Below, piece after piece: positions 39,617-53,247 of a stretch of DNA of 64,000 nucleotides (position 1 is the stretch's first letter; each line of letters starts with the position of its first letter). The position numbers and the translations under genes are program-made. The stretch is from Mobula hypostoma (taxonomy: Eukaryota). The DNA lies in assembly GCF_963921235.1 (NCBI RefSeq), contig NC_086097.1, positions 13,702,001 to 13,766,000 of the forward strand. Reading direction: 5' to 3'. Under the pieces are notes generated by a model. The model had not been told where the DNA came from. It did no database searches and saw only the letters and a list, made by a program, of their open reading frames with translations.

Positions 39617-39817
39617 GCAACACAAACAAAATGCTGGAGGAACTCAGCAGGCCAAGCAGCATCGACGGAAAATGTTTCCGAGTTTCGATGTTTAGAGCCG
39701 AGACCCTTCCGCTGACTGTACTGTTTTCTATAGATGCTGCCTGACCTTCTGAGTTCCTCCAGCATTTTGTGTGTGTTGTTTGGATTTCCAGCATCTGCAG
39801 AATTTCTTGTGATTGGA
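39617..39817. mobile_element. PLE-derived palindromic element
   Basis: Perfect 13-bp TSD TTAATATCACTGA (39604-39616, 39818-39830); inverted arms. Confidence 0.85.
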
Positions 39818-40672
39818 TTAATATCACTGACATATGTTGTGAAATTTGTTGATTTGAGGCAGCAATACATTGCAATACATAAAAATACCTCCAAATTCCA
39901 ATAAGAAATATATATGTAAATTAAAGTAAATATGTACTGCAAAAAGAGACCAAGAGAAATGTGGAGGTCACGTGTATGGGTTCAGTGTCCATTCAGAAAT
40001 GCAATGGTGAATCAGATCTCTGATACAGCAAATATTCAGCTGATCAGGCATCATCAGGGTCACTGTCCTGTTATATTTCTCTCTTTCTGTCTTTGCAGAT
40101 GCTTTCTAACCTGTTGAATATAGCCCATGTGCAGTGCCTTCATTCCAGGTTTCCAGCATCTGCAGTTCATTGGCTTCGAACCATTCCCCACCTGCTGGAC
40201 GACCGTTTCAGGACACCCAGTCAATCAGCTCTCCGGGGAACCAGCCCCAACCGACCGCCTGAACAGGCTGCAAATCAAGGGCGCGAAATTCACTTTCTCG
40301 GCACCTACTGTGGAAGGACCTAAAAATACTGGGAAAAAACAACACCCTACGGGAAAACTGGGCCAACTAAAACTGTGATTGATTCATGTTGTATGTCAGA
40401 GCTGTTTAGCTGCCAAAATGTTTGCTCATAGAATCTTGACTTGTGCTTGTTGGTTTTTATGTAAACTTTCTGTTCACTTCTAAACTACGGCAGAAGAGTT
40501 TGAAAGTTGCAGCAAATATACATCCAATACGACAATGCTTTATAAGTTACCCTTTGGTTCTACACACTCATATTACCCTAATGAGAAAAATGGCATCTGA
40601 GTTAATAATTGTGCAATAATGAAGGGCAGAAATCTGGCTGAGTAATTTTGAAATGAAACACACATTTAGTGG

Positions 40673-41215
40673 CTATTGTGTGCAGTTTTGGTCCCCTAAT
40701 CTGAGGAAAGACATCCTTGCCATAGAGGGAGTACAAAGAAGGTTCGCCAGATTGATTCCTGGGATGGCAGGACTTTCATATGAAGAAATACTGGATGAAC
40801 TGGGCTTGTACTCGTTGGAATTTAGAAGATTGAGGGGGGATCTGATTGAAACGTATAAAATCCTAAAGGGATTGGACAGGCTAGATGCAGGAAGATTGTT
40901 CCCGATGTTGGGGAAGTCCAGAACGAGGGGCCACAGTTTGAGGATAGAGGGGAAGCCTTTTAGGACCGAGATTAGGAAAAACTTTTTCACACAGAGAGTG
41001 GTGAATCTGTGGAATTCTCTGCCACAGGAAACAGTTGAGGCCAGTTCATTGGCTATGTTTAAGAGGGAGTTAGATATGGCCCTTGTGGCTACGGGGGTCA
41101 GGGGATATGGAGGGAAGGCTGGGGCGGGGTTCTGAGTTGGATGATCAGCCATGATCATAATAAATGGCGGTGCAGGCTCGAAGGGCCGAAGGGCCTACTC
41201 CTGCACCTATTTTTC
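40673..41215 (+). mobile_element. Young CR1 3' fragment
   Basis: ORF 40653-41135 is nearly identical to the C-terminus of 7302-8495. Confidence 0.93.
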
Positions 41216-41614
41216 TATATTTGTTGCCTCCTGAACCTAATAATGTGGCATTTGAGTATATGATAATGATCTTCTGCTGCTGTAGCCTATCATCTCCAAG
41301 GTTCAACATGTTGTGCATTTAGATGGAGCCTCAGTGAACAAGAACTTATGTCAGGAGATTACGACAGTTGTGAGTTCAGTTTTCTTCGATACATCAACCA
41401 CACACGTGTATCCACCTTGTCGATACATATAACAAAGAGGAGTGTGTATTACATAAAAATTGTGAGTGCAAAACAGAGGAGAATTATTGAACTTGCTTTC
41501 TCAGTTATTGCTCTCTCACCAACATAAAATTCACCTATGTTTAGGAGATAATTGCCAACATATCAACACAAAGAAATCTCACAGAGTTTCAATCAGACAC
41601 TGATAAGACACCTT

Positions 41615-42232
41615 ATCGAATCAAAGTATTGAGTACAGGAGATGGGATATTGTGTTGAAGTTGTATAAGACATTGGTGAGGTCTAATTTGGAATAGTGTG
41701 TGCAGTTTCAGTCACCCACCAACAGGAAAGATTTCTATAAGTTTGAAAGAGTACAGAGAAAACTTACAAGGGTGTTGCCGGGTCTGGAGAGCCCTAGTTA
41801 TATGGAACGATTGAATAGGTTTGGACCTTATTCCTTGGAACGTAGAAGATTGAGAGGAGATTTGATAGAGGTATACAAAATTACCAGGGGTATGGATAGG
41901 ATAAATGAAAGCAGGCTTTTTTCACTAAGGTTGGGTGAAACAGCTAGAGGTCATGGGTTACAGGTGAAAGGTGAAAAACTTAAGGGGAATATGAGGGAAA
42001 TCTTCTTCATTCAGGGACTCCTGAGAGCGTGGAATGAGCTACCAGCATAAATGACACATGTAAGCTCAACTTCAATGTGTAAGACAAGTTTGGAAAGGTA
42101 CATGAATGGTAGGGGTATGGAGGGATATGGTCCTGGTGCAGGTCGATGGGAGTAGGCAGAATAAACAGCTCAGCACGGACTAGATGGACTGAAAGACCTG
42201 TTTTTGTGCTGTACTTTTCTACGACTCTATGA
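41615..42232 (+). mobile_element. CR1 3' fragment (same subfamily as 32045-32330 and 34125-34475)
   Basis: 'FERVQRKLTRVLPGLE...LERRRLRGDLIEVYKI'. Confidence 0.8.
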
Positions 42233-43854
42233 TCTTGCTTTCCCAATCTTTAAAATTTTAGGCTGTGTTTTCTTTTGCATCATAATTAATGCTGAAAGGT
42301 ACATCCCAGAGATAATTTTGATATAAATTTGCATTCAAATCTAGCTAACCTTTCTGGGAAAATATGAATTTCTATTGCTTCCACTTTAAGTCAATACTGC
42401 TTGCAGAAAATTCTAGCAGTTATTTTCCAAGTCTTGCAAGTCCTTTTGGAAGCTTCTTCTCTAGATAATGTGGTGAGATTGAAGGTAAAAGCAGGATGAT
42501 TGATGCTCCTTCCCCTCATAGTGTCTTCAGGTTCTAAGTGTTCATAGTCAGAGGAAGTTGAGAATCCAAGCAGTGCACAGCGGGACAGGCAGCAGCGCAG
42601 TGGGAACAACAGGCGTTGTTTTCAGTCTTGATCTTCTGATGGTTTGGAAGCTACTGCTGTGGCGTCAGCCCTGATTAATATCATGGACACTATGAAATCT
42701 ACTTTAATCTATCGGCTCCATTCAGAAATCGACAACATCAAAAACACCTCTACCTCTACAGCAGCTTTAATGTTATAAAACATCCTGTCACCTCACAAAA
42801 TTTGACAGTAATGTACACGAGTATTAGAGCAGGGGGCCTAAACTTTGGCCAAAAAGGACCGGTTATTAATCAGAATCAGGTTTATTATCGCTGAGGTATG
42901 TCATGAAATTTGTTGTTTTGCAGCAGCAATACTGACTGATATATAAAAATTACTTTAAGTTACAAAATAAGTGTGAGAAAAAAAAGCATTGTTGATGGGG
43001 TCAATGTCCGTTCAGAAATCTAATGGCAAAGGGGAAGAAGCGGTTTTCAAAGCATTGAGCGTCTGTCTTCAGGCTCCCATACCACCAACAAAGGTAATGG
43101 ATTTGGTACAGTGTGTCATGAGTAAAGCCCTCCCAATCCTAGAACATAGAAATTTACAGCACATTACAGGCCTTTTGGCCCACAATATTGTACCGACCAT
43201 GTAACACACTCCAGAAACTGCCTAGAATTTCTCTAGCGCATAGTCCTCTATTTTTCTAAGCTCCATGAACCTCTCTAAGAGGCTCTTAAAAGACCCTGTT
43301 GTATCCTAATCATTGAATCATTGAGCACATCGACATGAAATGCTGTCATCGAAAACCAGCATCCATTATCAGAGATCCCCACCACCCCGTTGCAGTGGTC
43401 TCTTCTCACCACTGCAGTCAGGTAGGAGGTACGAGAGCCTCAGGACTCACACAGCCAGGTTCAGGAACTGTTACTACCCCTCAACCATCAGGCTCTTGAA
43501 CAAAAGGGGATAACTACACTCACTTGTCCCAGTGTAGAAATATTCCTACAACCAATTATAAAGCTTTAAGGACTAATTATGTTCTAATTATTTATTGCTA
43601 TTTATTTGTGTTTGCATTTGCACAGTGTATTGTCTTCTGCACCCTGGTTGATCTTTCATTGATCCTGTCATAGTTACTGTTCTATAGATTTGCTGAGTAT
43701 GCCCACAAAAAAAGGAATCTCAGGGTTGTAGGTGGTGACATATATGTACTTTGATAATAAAATTTACTTTGAACTTTGAACCTCCCTGATGGTAGCAATG
43801 AATAGAGGACGTGTCCCAGATGGCGAATGCTACCTTCTTAAGGCATTGCATCTT

Positions 43855-44127
43855 ACATAGAAACATAGAAACATAGAAAATAGGTGCAGGAGTAGGCCAT
43901 TCGGCCCTTCGAGCCTGCACCGCCATTTATTATGATCATGGCTGATCATCCAACTCAGAACCCAGCCTTCCCTCCATACCCCCTGACCCCTGTAGCCACA
44001 AGGGCCATATCTAACTTCCTTTTAAACATAGCTAATGAACTGGCCTCAACAGTTTGCTGTGGCAGAGAATTCCACAGATTCACCACTCTCTGTGTGAAGA
44101 AGTTTTTCCTAACCTCGGTCCTAAAAG
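43855..44127 (-). mobile_element. Young CR1 3' end
   Basis: (CATAGAAA)n tail; near-identical to 7212-7480. Confidence 0.9.
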
Positions 44128-45824
44128 GAGAAAGGAGAGCTGGAGAGAGAATTTTTAAATGTAACTTTTGTCAGCTGAAAAAAAAAGCTTTCAGAACAGG
44201 GTGCGACACAGTCAAAGTCAACAGCAGGCAGCACTGGGAGGGATTGAAATCTGGCTTGAGTTTCGGAGATCTTGCCCAGTGAGTTGATTTAATTTTCTAC
44301 CTTTATGTTAATTGTTACTTTATTTCCCGTTGTACTTGCTTCTTCCCATCGTTCTGTTCACTTCCTTCTGCTTTATTTCTCTTTGCCTGTTTATTTTCTA
44401 TCCTTGCTTTCACCTCTCGCCTTGGCTGTGACTTGACTGAAGATTGCAGCTTACGCTGACTTCCATCGCCTTGGCTGAGCCTCGGAGCAGATCGGTGCTA
44501 AAGCCAGCCATGTCACTAATGATGATGGCAAGGAAGTGTTGCTGCGCCATCGCCGCATTCTGAACGAGCTGACAGGCGGTTATCACTGAAGATGACTCGT
44601 GAAAGTTTATAAACAAACTCTTTATCTGGGGTGCCATTTTCAGCAGTGCGTTCGGGTGCTAACGATCCCCTGATGTGGCCAACATGGGGTTCTGAGGTGA
44701 ACTGCCATCTTGAGCAAGGAGAAAGGCCTCACCGTGGCACAGCGAGTGGAACTGCTGTGTCACAGCACCAGTGGTCTGGATTCGGTCCTGATTTCAGCTG
44801 TTGCATGCGTGGAGTTTGCATGTTGTCCCTGTGACTGAACAGATTTCCTCCAGTAACCCCGTTTTCCTTCCATTTCACAAGACCAAGTTTTGGTAAATTA
44901 ATTGGTCCTTGCCAATTGCCTATAGTGTATAGATAAGTGTGAGAATCTGCGAGGAATTGACGGGAATCTGGGAGAGTGAAACGGAATTAGTGTATGAATC
45001 AGAGTCAGATTTATTATCACCAGAATACGGTAAGTGTAAATGGGAAGATCCCAGTTGTGACGACGACTCATACCACTGGACCCGAATTTCTGAGTTCGAG
45101 AAAGTGACACCTCCCTAGGTCAACAGCTTTTCCACTTTAAAAACTATCCCAGTCAGGTTTCTTTATGTTTATGTTTTAAATTTATTTAGAGATACAGCAT
45201 CGGACAAGCCCTTCCAGCCCAATAACCCGTGTTGCCTAGCAACCTGCCGATTTAGCTATAGTTAAATTAGTCTAATTCGAAGATAGATCTGACTCACAGG
45301 GCCAAATAGCCTAATCCTGCTCCTATGTCTTATGGTCTTAAAGTCTAAGGACTAGCAAGTGACAGGTGGATCTAGTTGAGGAGGAGCAAGAGGCAGATGA
45401 AATAGGAAAGGTTGCAATTGGTAAAAAATGTCGAGAGGTGACGGGTAGAGACAATAAAGCATGAGATGAAGATGAGGGGAACCACTGGAAGGAGTGTGTG
45501 GGTAATGACAGTTTTCCTCCCACTTCCCAAGACCATCATCAGGCTAATTACAGCACAATCTACAATGACCAATAAATATATTACCCTATACATCTTTGGA
45601 CTGTGGGAGAAAACCCACGCGGTTCACAGGGAGAATATACAAACCCCTTAAAGACTGCACTGGAATTTAACTCCAATCCCCAGCACCCCACTGCACTGTA
45701 ACAGTGCCGCACAAACCACCTCGCTACTGACACCCTGTGTCTGTCATCATTGAATATGATGGACCACCAGATCAATTGGTGTAAATGGGAGACTGATGGT
45801 TAGTCAGGATCCATGAACCAAAGG

Positions 45825-47190
45825 GCAGTACCTCATATTCCACCTGGGAAAGCTCTGTCCGGATAGCATGAACATTGAATGCTCTAAATTCAGATAAATT
45901 GCTTCCCTTTTCTCTCTCCCCCAGATTTACCCAGTTTATTTATTTATTGAGATACAGCACAGAATAGACTCTTCTGGCTCTTTCAGCCACATCACCCAGC
46001 AAGTTTCCAGTTTAATCCTAGCCTGATCATGGGACAATTCACAATGACCAATTAACCTGCCAGCTTGTGAGAGGAAAGCAGCTCACCCGAAGGAACTCAC
46101 ACGGTCATGGGGTGAAGGTCCAAATTCCGTACAGGCAGCAGCAGGAATTGAACCAGGTTGCTGGTACTGTAAAGCGTCGTGCTAGCCACAATGCTACCGT
46201 GCTGCCCTTCCTACACTCGATCCGCATCATCCAGCTTCTTCCCCCCCTTCCAACGACTCCATTTGCTCATGAGCCTCACAATCCTTCCACAGGTTCCCCT
46301 CCCCGCCCACCTCACTTGACTCTGTGCTCCACCTTCCTTTCTGATCGGATTCCATCATCTTCATCTCATGATGTATTGTCTCCACCTGTCACCTGAATTC
46401 AAATTCCTCCATCTGCCTCTTGCTCCTTCTCAACTGATCCACCTATCACTTGCTAGTCCTTCGACTATAACACCATAAAGACAGAATTAGGCCATTCAGC
46501 CCATCGAGTCTGGTCAATCAAGTCTATATCATGACTGATTTATAATCACTCTCAACCCTATTCTCGAGTTCTCCTTGTAATCTTTGGCATCCAGACCAAT
46601 CAAGAACCTACCAATCTTCTCTTTAAATGTGCCCAATGAATTGCCCTCTTTCTATGGCAATGAATTCCACAGAATCACTACGCTCTGGCTGAAGAAATCC
46701 CTCTTCATCTCCGTTCTAAATGGATGTTCCTCTATTCTGATTCTGTGCCCTCTGATCCTAGACTCCCCCACAATAGAAACATCCTCTCCACATCCATTCT
46801 AAGTCTTTCATTATCCGATACATTTCAATGAGATTACCCCTTCATACCTCTAAACTCCAATGAACATTGGCCCAGAGCCATCAATCGCTCCTCATAAATT
46901 AACCTTTTCAATTGCGGAATCATTCTCATGATTCTCCTGTGACCCTCTCCAATGCCAGCACATCTTTTTTTAGATAAGGAACTCCAAACTATTCGTTCTG
47001 ACCTCATAAAGCAGACTTTCTGGCCTTGCCCCTTCCTCTCATGTCTTTACACTGGCTCCCTCCCCTCTATCCTTCAGGCCTGATGAAGGGTCTTGACCTG
47101 AAACACCGACAGTCCATTTCCCTCCACAGATGCTGCCTGATCCGCTATGCTTCTCCAGCATCTTCGATTCCTTTTGTTCAGGATTCTGAC
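45825..47190 (+). mobile_element. Old PLE remnant fragmented by V-SINE (45935-46205) and CR1 (46465-46990) insertions
   Basis: 45825-45897 reads QYLIFHLGKLCPDSMNIECSKFR*; pyrimidine-rich UTR pieces; decayed HHR 'CTGATGAAGGGTCTTGACCTGAAAC' at 47080. Confidence 0.55.
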
Positions 47191-47982
47191 ACAGGCAGTC
47201 TATTCTGACTCCATTGTTTCCATGCTGCATTGTTTTATGGCCTCCAAAAGATCACGGGACATCTGATTGCCTTTTTAAATTTATGTGTTCACGGTGCCTA
47301 ATTCAACATTTATCTATCATCTCTAACTGCCTTTTGACCAGACAGTTTATTGAGCTATTTCAGCGAGCAGCTAAAATTCAACCTCTTTTGGGCGTGGAGT
47401 CATATATACATCAAACTGTGCAAAGATGGCAATTGTGCTTCCCTGAAGGACATCAGTGAACAGGTTAGGTTTATATAACATTAAGTAGCCTATGGTTTCA
47501 AGTGCAGATAGCATATTTATGTTCCAGATATGTGTCATTACTTTTATTTTAGAGATACAGCATAGTAACAGACCCTTTCGGCCTAAAAAGCCTGGCCCAC
47601 CCAGTTACCCCCATGAGATCAATAAACCCACTAAACCGGTATGTCTTTGGAATTTGGGCGGAAATTGGAGCACCGGACGGAAATTCACATGGTCATGGGA
47701 GATTGTACAATCTCCTTACAAACACCAGAGGAATTGAACTTGATTGTTCGGATGATGCTTGGGTTGAAGAATGATAGCTATAAGGAGAGGTTGGAAAAAA
47801 TGGATTGTTTTCTCCGGGGTGTCAATAACTGAGGAGAAACCTCATGGAAGTATATACAATTATGAGAGGCTTAGATAGATGAAGTAGTCAGGATGGAACT
47901 CTTAATTACTAGAGGGTGTCGTTATAAAGTGAGAGGGGAACAGTTTAAAGGAGATTTGTGTGGAAATACTTTACACAGAAAG

Positions 47983-48189
47983 CCCATCACCCCTACTGAG
48001 GCATAGTCTGCCAACAGCAGCTTTGTCCTGGGCCAGTCTTTCAGGTTGTCCGCAGGCGTCGGATAAGGTCTTTGCAGCCTCAGGTTGCCGTTTTCTGTCG
48101 CACTGGGTTTTTAACTGGATGGGGTTGCTAGCCCCATGCCCAGCCCGCTTCCTTTCACAGCTTGGTTTGGCACTGTCTGTAGCGGAGTT
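47983..48189 (-). mobile_element. 207-bp non-autonomous RTE-type element with a twister-ribozyme-derived 5' end
   Basis: 8-bp TSD ACAGAAAG (47975-47982, 48190-48197) inside an old CR1; 5' end AACTCCGC...GAAAGGAAGCGGGCTGGGCATGGGGCTAGCAACCCCATC; RTE-like 3' end 'ggcccaggac...ctgttggcagactatgcctcagtaggggtgatggg'. Confidence 0.75.
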
Positions 48190-48190
48190 A
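48141..48190 (-). ncRNA. Degenerate twister ribozyme 3' cleavage product
   Basis: U^AAC-UCC-GCU-ACAG..AGUGCCAAACC..CUGU-GAAA-GGA-AGCGGG aligns to the twister pattern U^AAC-UCC-GCC..GGUCCCAAGCCC..AAA-GGA-GGAGGG. Confidence 0.55.
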
Positions 48191-49038
48191 CAGAAAGTGG
48201 TCGGTGTCTGGAATGTGCTGCCAGGGAGGGGTAGAAGGCAGAGACAAATGCAGCATTTAGGAGATATTTAGACAGGAACATAAAGAGGCAGGAGATAAAG
48301 GGCTAGGCATCAGGTGCAGGCAGAAGGGGTTAGTTCAAATTGGCATCATGTGCTGAAAGGCCTGGTCCTGTGCTGAACTGGTCCATGTTCTATGTCATCT
48401 TATTGTACATTGTACAATGCACCAGGAGAACTTGCATAATTGGCATCCACATTTTTTTCTGGATGAAGACTTCAGGATAAGAGGGGAGGTTGAGGCAGTA
48501 CACAACCCAGAGAGTATTTACTCTGTTACCCTTGAGAAGGCCGTAATGAGCCTCCTCCTGGAACTGCAGCTGTCCTGGTAATGTTATCCCCAATTTCTAG
48601 TTGCATAGGGAGTTTCAGGATTTTAATTCATCAACAGTGATGTTATTTCCCAGCTGGGAAGTTTTGTGACTTGGATGGGAATTTGTAGGTGGTGGACTTC
48701 CTATTCACCTGCTGCCCTTCTCGGTGATAGGAGGGGGGTGTGGGAGGTGCTCCCATCACGGATTTGACAGCTGCTGTGTTACACTTTGTAGACGCACAGT
48801 TCAGTTATGGTGCAGTGGCGGAGGGAGCAGTGAACATTGAGGCCACCTCTCCAGAAGGGCTACGTTACTTGCTGAAGATGGCTCACCACCAACTCACCAA
48901 AGGCAATAATGGATGAACAACAGCCCCCCCTCCCTCTCCCTCCCCCCCTCCCTCTATCTCTCCCCCCCTCTCCCTCTCTCCTCACCCTCTCCCACATTCT
49001 CCATCAAATACTCTAGGAGTATGAAAAGTCTTTTAAAG

Positions 49039-49423
49039 ATCATCATCATCATCATTATGTGCCATGTCATTGATGTGGCAGATCATGGTCTTATGACCAT
49101 AATCGTACTTGGCAATTTTTTCCACAGAGGTGGTTTGCCATTGCCTTCTTCTGGGCAATGTGTTTACAAGATGAGTGACCTCAGCCATTATCAATACTCT
49201 TCAGAGATTGTCTGCCTGGTGTCAGTGGTCGTATAACCAGGAATTGTGCTCTGCATCACCTGCTCATACAACCATCCACCACCTGCCCCAATGGTTCTAC
49301 GTGACCCTGACTGGGGGGCTAAGCAGGTGCTACACCTTGCCTAAGGGTGACCTGCAGGCTAGTGGAGGGAAGGAGAGCCTTACACCTTCTTTGGTAGAAA
49401 TGTATCTCCACCCCACCAACCAA
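49039..49423 (-). mobile_element. RTE-related short element, copy 3
   Basis: Reverse complement of the 6623-7020 family with a (GAT)n tail. Confidence 0.8.
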
Positions 49424-50710
49424 CTTATATAAAAGTAAATAATTGAAATAATGAGTGAGATCAAGCAAGATACACGGGCTGTTAGCCAGAAACCTCTAAC
49501 GTCCCCTGAAGTGAATAAAAAAGGGACAGTCTTGTCCTGGATATTGCTGAATCTTTTGAGAGCTGTTGGATCTTTAGAGATGGATCCAGTATCACTCATT
49601 TTGGATGCACCGCAACTTGATGTGGCAGCTGTTCTGTCCAAGATTACAAGAAATTGCAGAGTTGTGGGCACAGCTCAGTCCATCACAAAAACTAGCCTTT
49701 CCTCCCTGGACTCTGTCTATCTTCTCACTTCCTCTGGAAAGCAACCAACATGAAGACCCCTCGGTCTGAATGTTATTTCCTTCCATGGATTCTGCCCGAC
49801 CTGAGGAGTTCTTCCAGAATTTTGTGGGCGTTATTCAAGTTTTCCAGCATCTGCAGAATCTCTTATGCCCCTCCCACTCTGGCCATTCTCTCTTCTTTCC
49901 CCTTCTAGCAAGCCAAAAATACAGTAAATTGAGCAAACATACCACCAGCATCAAGGACAGTTCCTACCCCACCGACATGATGAACTCCTAATCATATTGT
50001 GGCCTTTGCATCATATCGTCCACCTGCACTGCACTTTGTAACTGTACCTATAACAGTATATTCTGCATTCTGTTCTTGCTTTTCCCTTTGTACTTCCTCG
50101 ATGGTCCTGGGTTTTAAAATGATCTGCATGAATGGCATGCAAGACAATATCTTCCACTGTATCTCAGTACAGGTAACAATAATAAACCACTTTCAATTAC
50201 AAAGGTCAAGATTATTCCCCAGTGCATTTTTCCATGGCACATTGATTCACATATAGAACTGGGACATCTTTCACAATCCACATGCAATTTGTCGCTGTAG
50301 TTGGTTTTGAAATTATGATTTCTGGTACATTTAGTCTATGTTCTACAAAGGAACATTAAAGCCTTAAGACAATGGAGCAGAATTAGGCCATTGGGCCTGT
50401 CAATTCCTTTCCACCATTCCATCATGACTGATTTATTATCTCTTTCAACCCCATTCTTCTGCCTTCTCAACATAAATTTGATGCCCTGACTAAACAAAAA
50501 CCTATCAACTTACTTAAATATACCCAATGGCTTGGCATCCTCATCTATATCCATTTGTGACGATGAAATCCACAGATTCACCACCCTCTGGCTAAAGAAA
50601 TTCCTCCTCTCCAGTCTAAATGAACATCCCTCTCTTGTGAGTCTGTGCACTCTTGTTAATGGAAGTGACAGGGTCGCTGGGAATCGTGGAAACAAAGAAG
50701 AGTGGATTGG

Positions 50711-50842
50711 CAAACACGAGGAAATCTGCAGATGCTGGAATTTCAAGCAACACACATAAAAGTCGCTGGTGAACGCAGCAGGCCAGGCAGCATCTCTAGG
50801 AATAGGTACAGTCGACGTTTCGGGCCGAGACCCTTCGTCAGA
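50711..50842 (-). mobile_element. PLE-derived single-arm repeat
   Basis: 'aaacacgaggaaatctgcagatgctgg...gacccttcgtcag'; same family as 12547-12736. Confidence 0.85.
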
Positions 50843-50846
50843 ATTG
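50809..50846 (-). ncRNA. Minimal type-I hammerhead ribozyme motif (intact core)
   Basis: CAAUU-CUGACGA-A-GGGU(CUCG)GCCC-GAAA-CGU-C^-GACUG; stem I is imperfect and partly supplied by flanking sequence. Confidence 0.7.
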
Positions 50847-51271
50847 GACCTGGTAAAGAGATGGAAATAGTAAAAGAGCAAAAGAATTAGCCTCTGATCA
50901 CAAATTTGGTTCGGCTGCACTTAATACGTGTAATTCTGGTCACCCCATTAGAGGAAGGATGTAGAAGGATACAGGAGAGATTTTCTAGGATGCTGGTAAA
51001 ACATTGGGTTGCTTTCTCTGGGGCGTTGGAGTCTGCAGTGGGGGATTATTAGAAAACTAGGAGAAGCAGAGATAGGGTAGATGGTCAGAATAATTCTCCC
51101 AGGGTAGAAATATCAGGTATTAAAGGGCATTCACTTAAGGTGAGAGGGGGAAAATTTAAAGGAGATGTGCAGAGCCATTGTTTTTACAGAAAGTAGTCAA
51201 TGCATGCCAGGTGGAGTGTTGGATGCAACTATGAGAGTTGTGTTTACAAAGCTTTTAGACAGACACAGGAA

Positions 51272-52208
51272 TATAGAAACATAGAAACATAGAAAATAGG
51301 TGCAGGAGTAGGCCATTCAGCCCTTCGAGCCTGCACCGCCATTTATTATGATCATGGCTGATCATCCAACTCAGAACCCCGCCCCAGCCTTCCCTCCATA
51401 CCCCCTGACCCCCGTAGCCACAAGGGCCATATCTAACTCCCTCTTAGATATAGCCAATGAACTGGCCTCAACTGTTTCCTGTGGCAGAGAATTCCACAGA
51501 TTCACCACTCTCTGTGTGAAGAAGTTTTTCCTAATCTCGGTCCTAAAAGGCTTCCCCTTTATCCTCAAACTGTGACCCCTCGTTCTGGACTTCCCCAACA
51601 TCGGGAACAATCTTCCTGCATCAAGCCTGTCCAATCCCTTTAGGATCTTATACGTTTCAATCAGATCCCCCCTCAATCTTCTAAATTCCAACGAGTACAA
51701 GCCCAGTTCATCCAGTCTTTCTTCATATGAAAGTCCTGCCATCCCAGGAATCAATCTGGTGAACCTTCTTTGTACTCCCTCTATGGCAAGGATGTCTTTC
51801 CTCAGATTAGGGGACCAAAACTGCACACAATACTCCAGGTGTGGTCTCACCAAGGCCTTGTACAACTGCAGTAGTACCTCCCTGCTCCTGTACTCGAATC
51901 CTCTCGCTATAAATGCCAGCATACCATTCGCCTTTTTCACCGCCTGCTGTACCTGCATGCCCACTTTCAATGACTGGTGTATAATGACACCCAGGTTTCG
52001 TTGCACCTCCCCTTTTCCTAATCGGCCACCATTCAGATAATAATCTGTTTTCCTATTTTTGCCACCAAAGTGGATAACCTCACATTTATCCACATTAAAT
52101 TGCATCTGCCATGAATTTGCCCACTCACCCAACCTATCCAAGTCACTCTGCATCCTCTTAGCATCCTCCTTACAGCTAACACTGCCACCCAGCTTCGTGT
52201 CATCTGCA
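51272..52208 (-). mobile_element. Young CR1, 5'-truncated, nested in an older plus-strand CR1
   Basis: ORF 51371-52267 is open from FADDTK to the stop; AATAT flanks; the host CR1 tail resumes at about 52214. Confidence 0.93.
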
Positions 52209-53039
52209 AATATGCTGGGAAGGGATGGATGTGGATCACGTACAGCAAAAGGTATTCCAGCAGACATTATGCGCCGAAGGGTCTGTTCCTGTGCTGTGCC
52301 ATTCTATATTCACAGTGGGCACTCTCAACCAGCAGATAACCCTGTTCCTGAGCCTCCAATGGCAACTTCCAACAGAAAGGATAGACACACAAAAAATCAT
52401 CAGGATAAGGTTCAATTGTGCAACACCATTGTCAAATTTCCCCGCTGACTCTGTGTCTGAGGACCTTGCATGAAGAGTGCCTGAAGGGCCTCAAAGCTAT
52501 TTGCAATCAGCAGCTTTGAAATTAAAAAAAAAATCCTGGCAAGGGAAAGTGAGGGGTCTGTGCAGAGAAGGGAGGGAAGGAAGCATTCAAATCTCTCTTC
52601 ATACATTGTGTGTTTCTGACTGACACGAAGGCTTGTCAAGGGCTCGGCCCTTTGTTGAACTCAACAACCTTTATCTGCTTTTCATTAAAAGATTCACAGA
52701 CAGAGAAAAATCAACACACAAAATAAGAATACAGCAATAGAAACCTGAACACAGGGGTTTGTTTGTCTATAAGCACTTTTGATGTAAAATATATTGGTAA
52801 AAATACAATTGTACATTTTTTATTAATTGGGAAGATACTATAATAATAAACTTGAACTGCACACAATAAACAGTCAATTAATGAATTAATCTTGGCATGT
52901 CGCCCAATTATACTGTAGTTGCTCGGATAGGCAGACAGGCTTTTATTTTTGTCAAAATGTACCCTGGTAGCATCTGGATTCTTGCATGTGTAATAAAGGT
53001 GTCCACCTCTTCTCATATATATGTCCGTCTATTCAAATC

Positions 53040-53199
53040 ACTCTCTCTTTCTTTCTCTTCTTTCTCTGCCTGTCTCCTTCTGTCTCTCCCTCTCCCTCTG
53101 TCACTGCCTTTGTCTCTGTCTTTCTCTCTCTCTCTCTTTTTCACCGTCTCTGACTCTCTGTCTGTCTATCTGTTTGTCTATCTGTCCCTCTGTCTCTCT

Positions 53200-53247
<48 letters not shown>

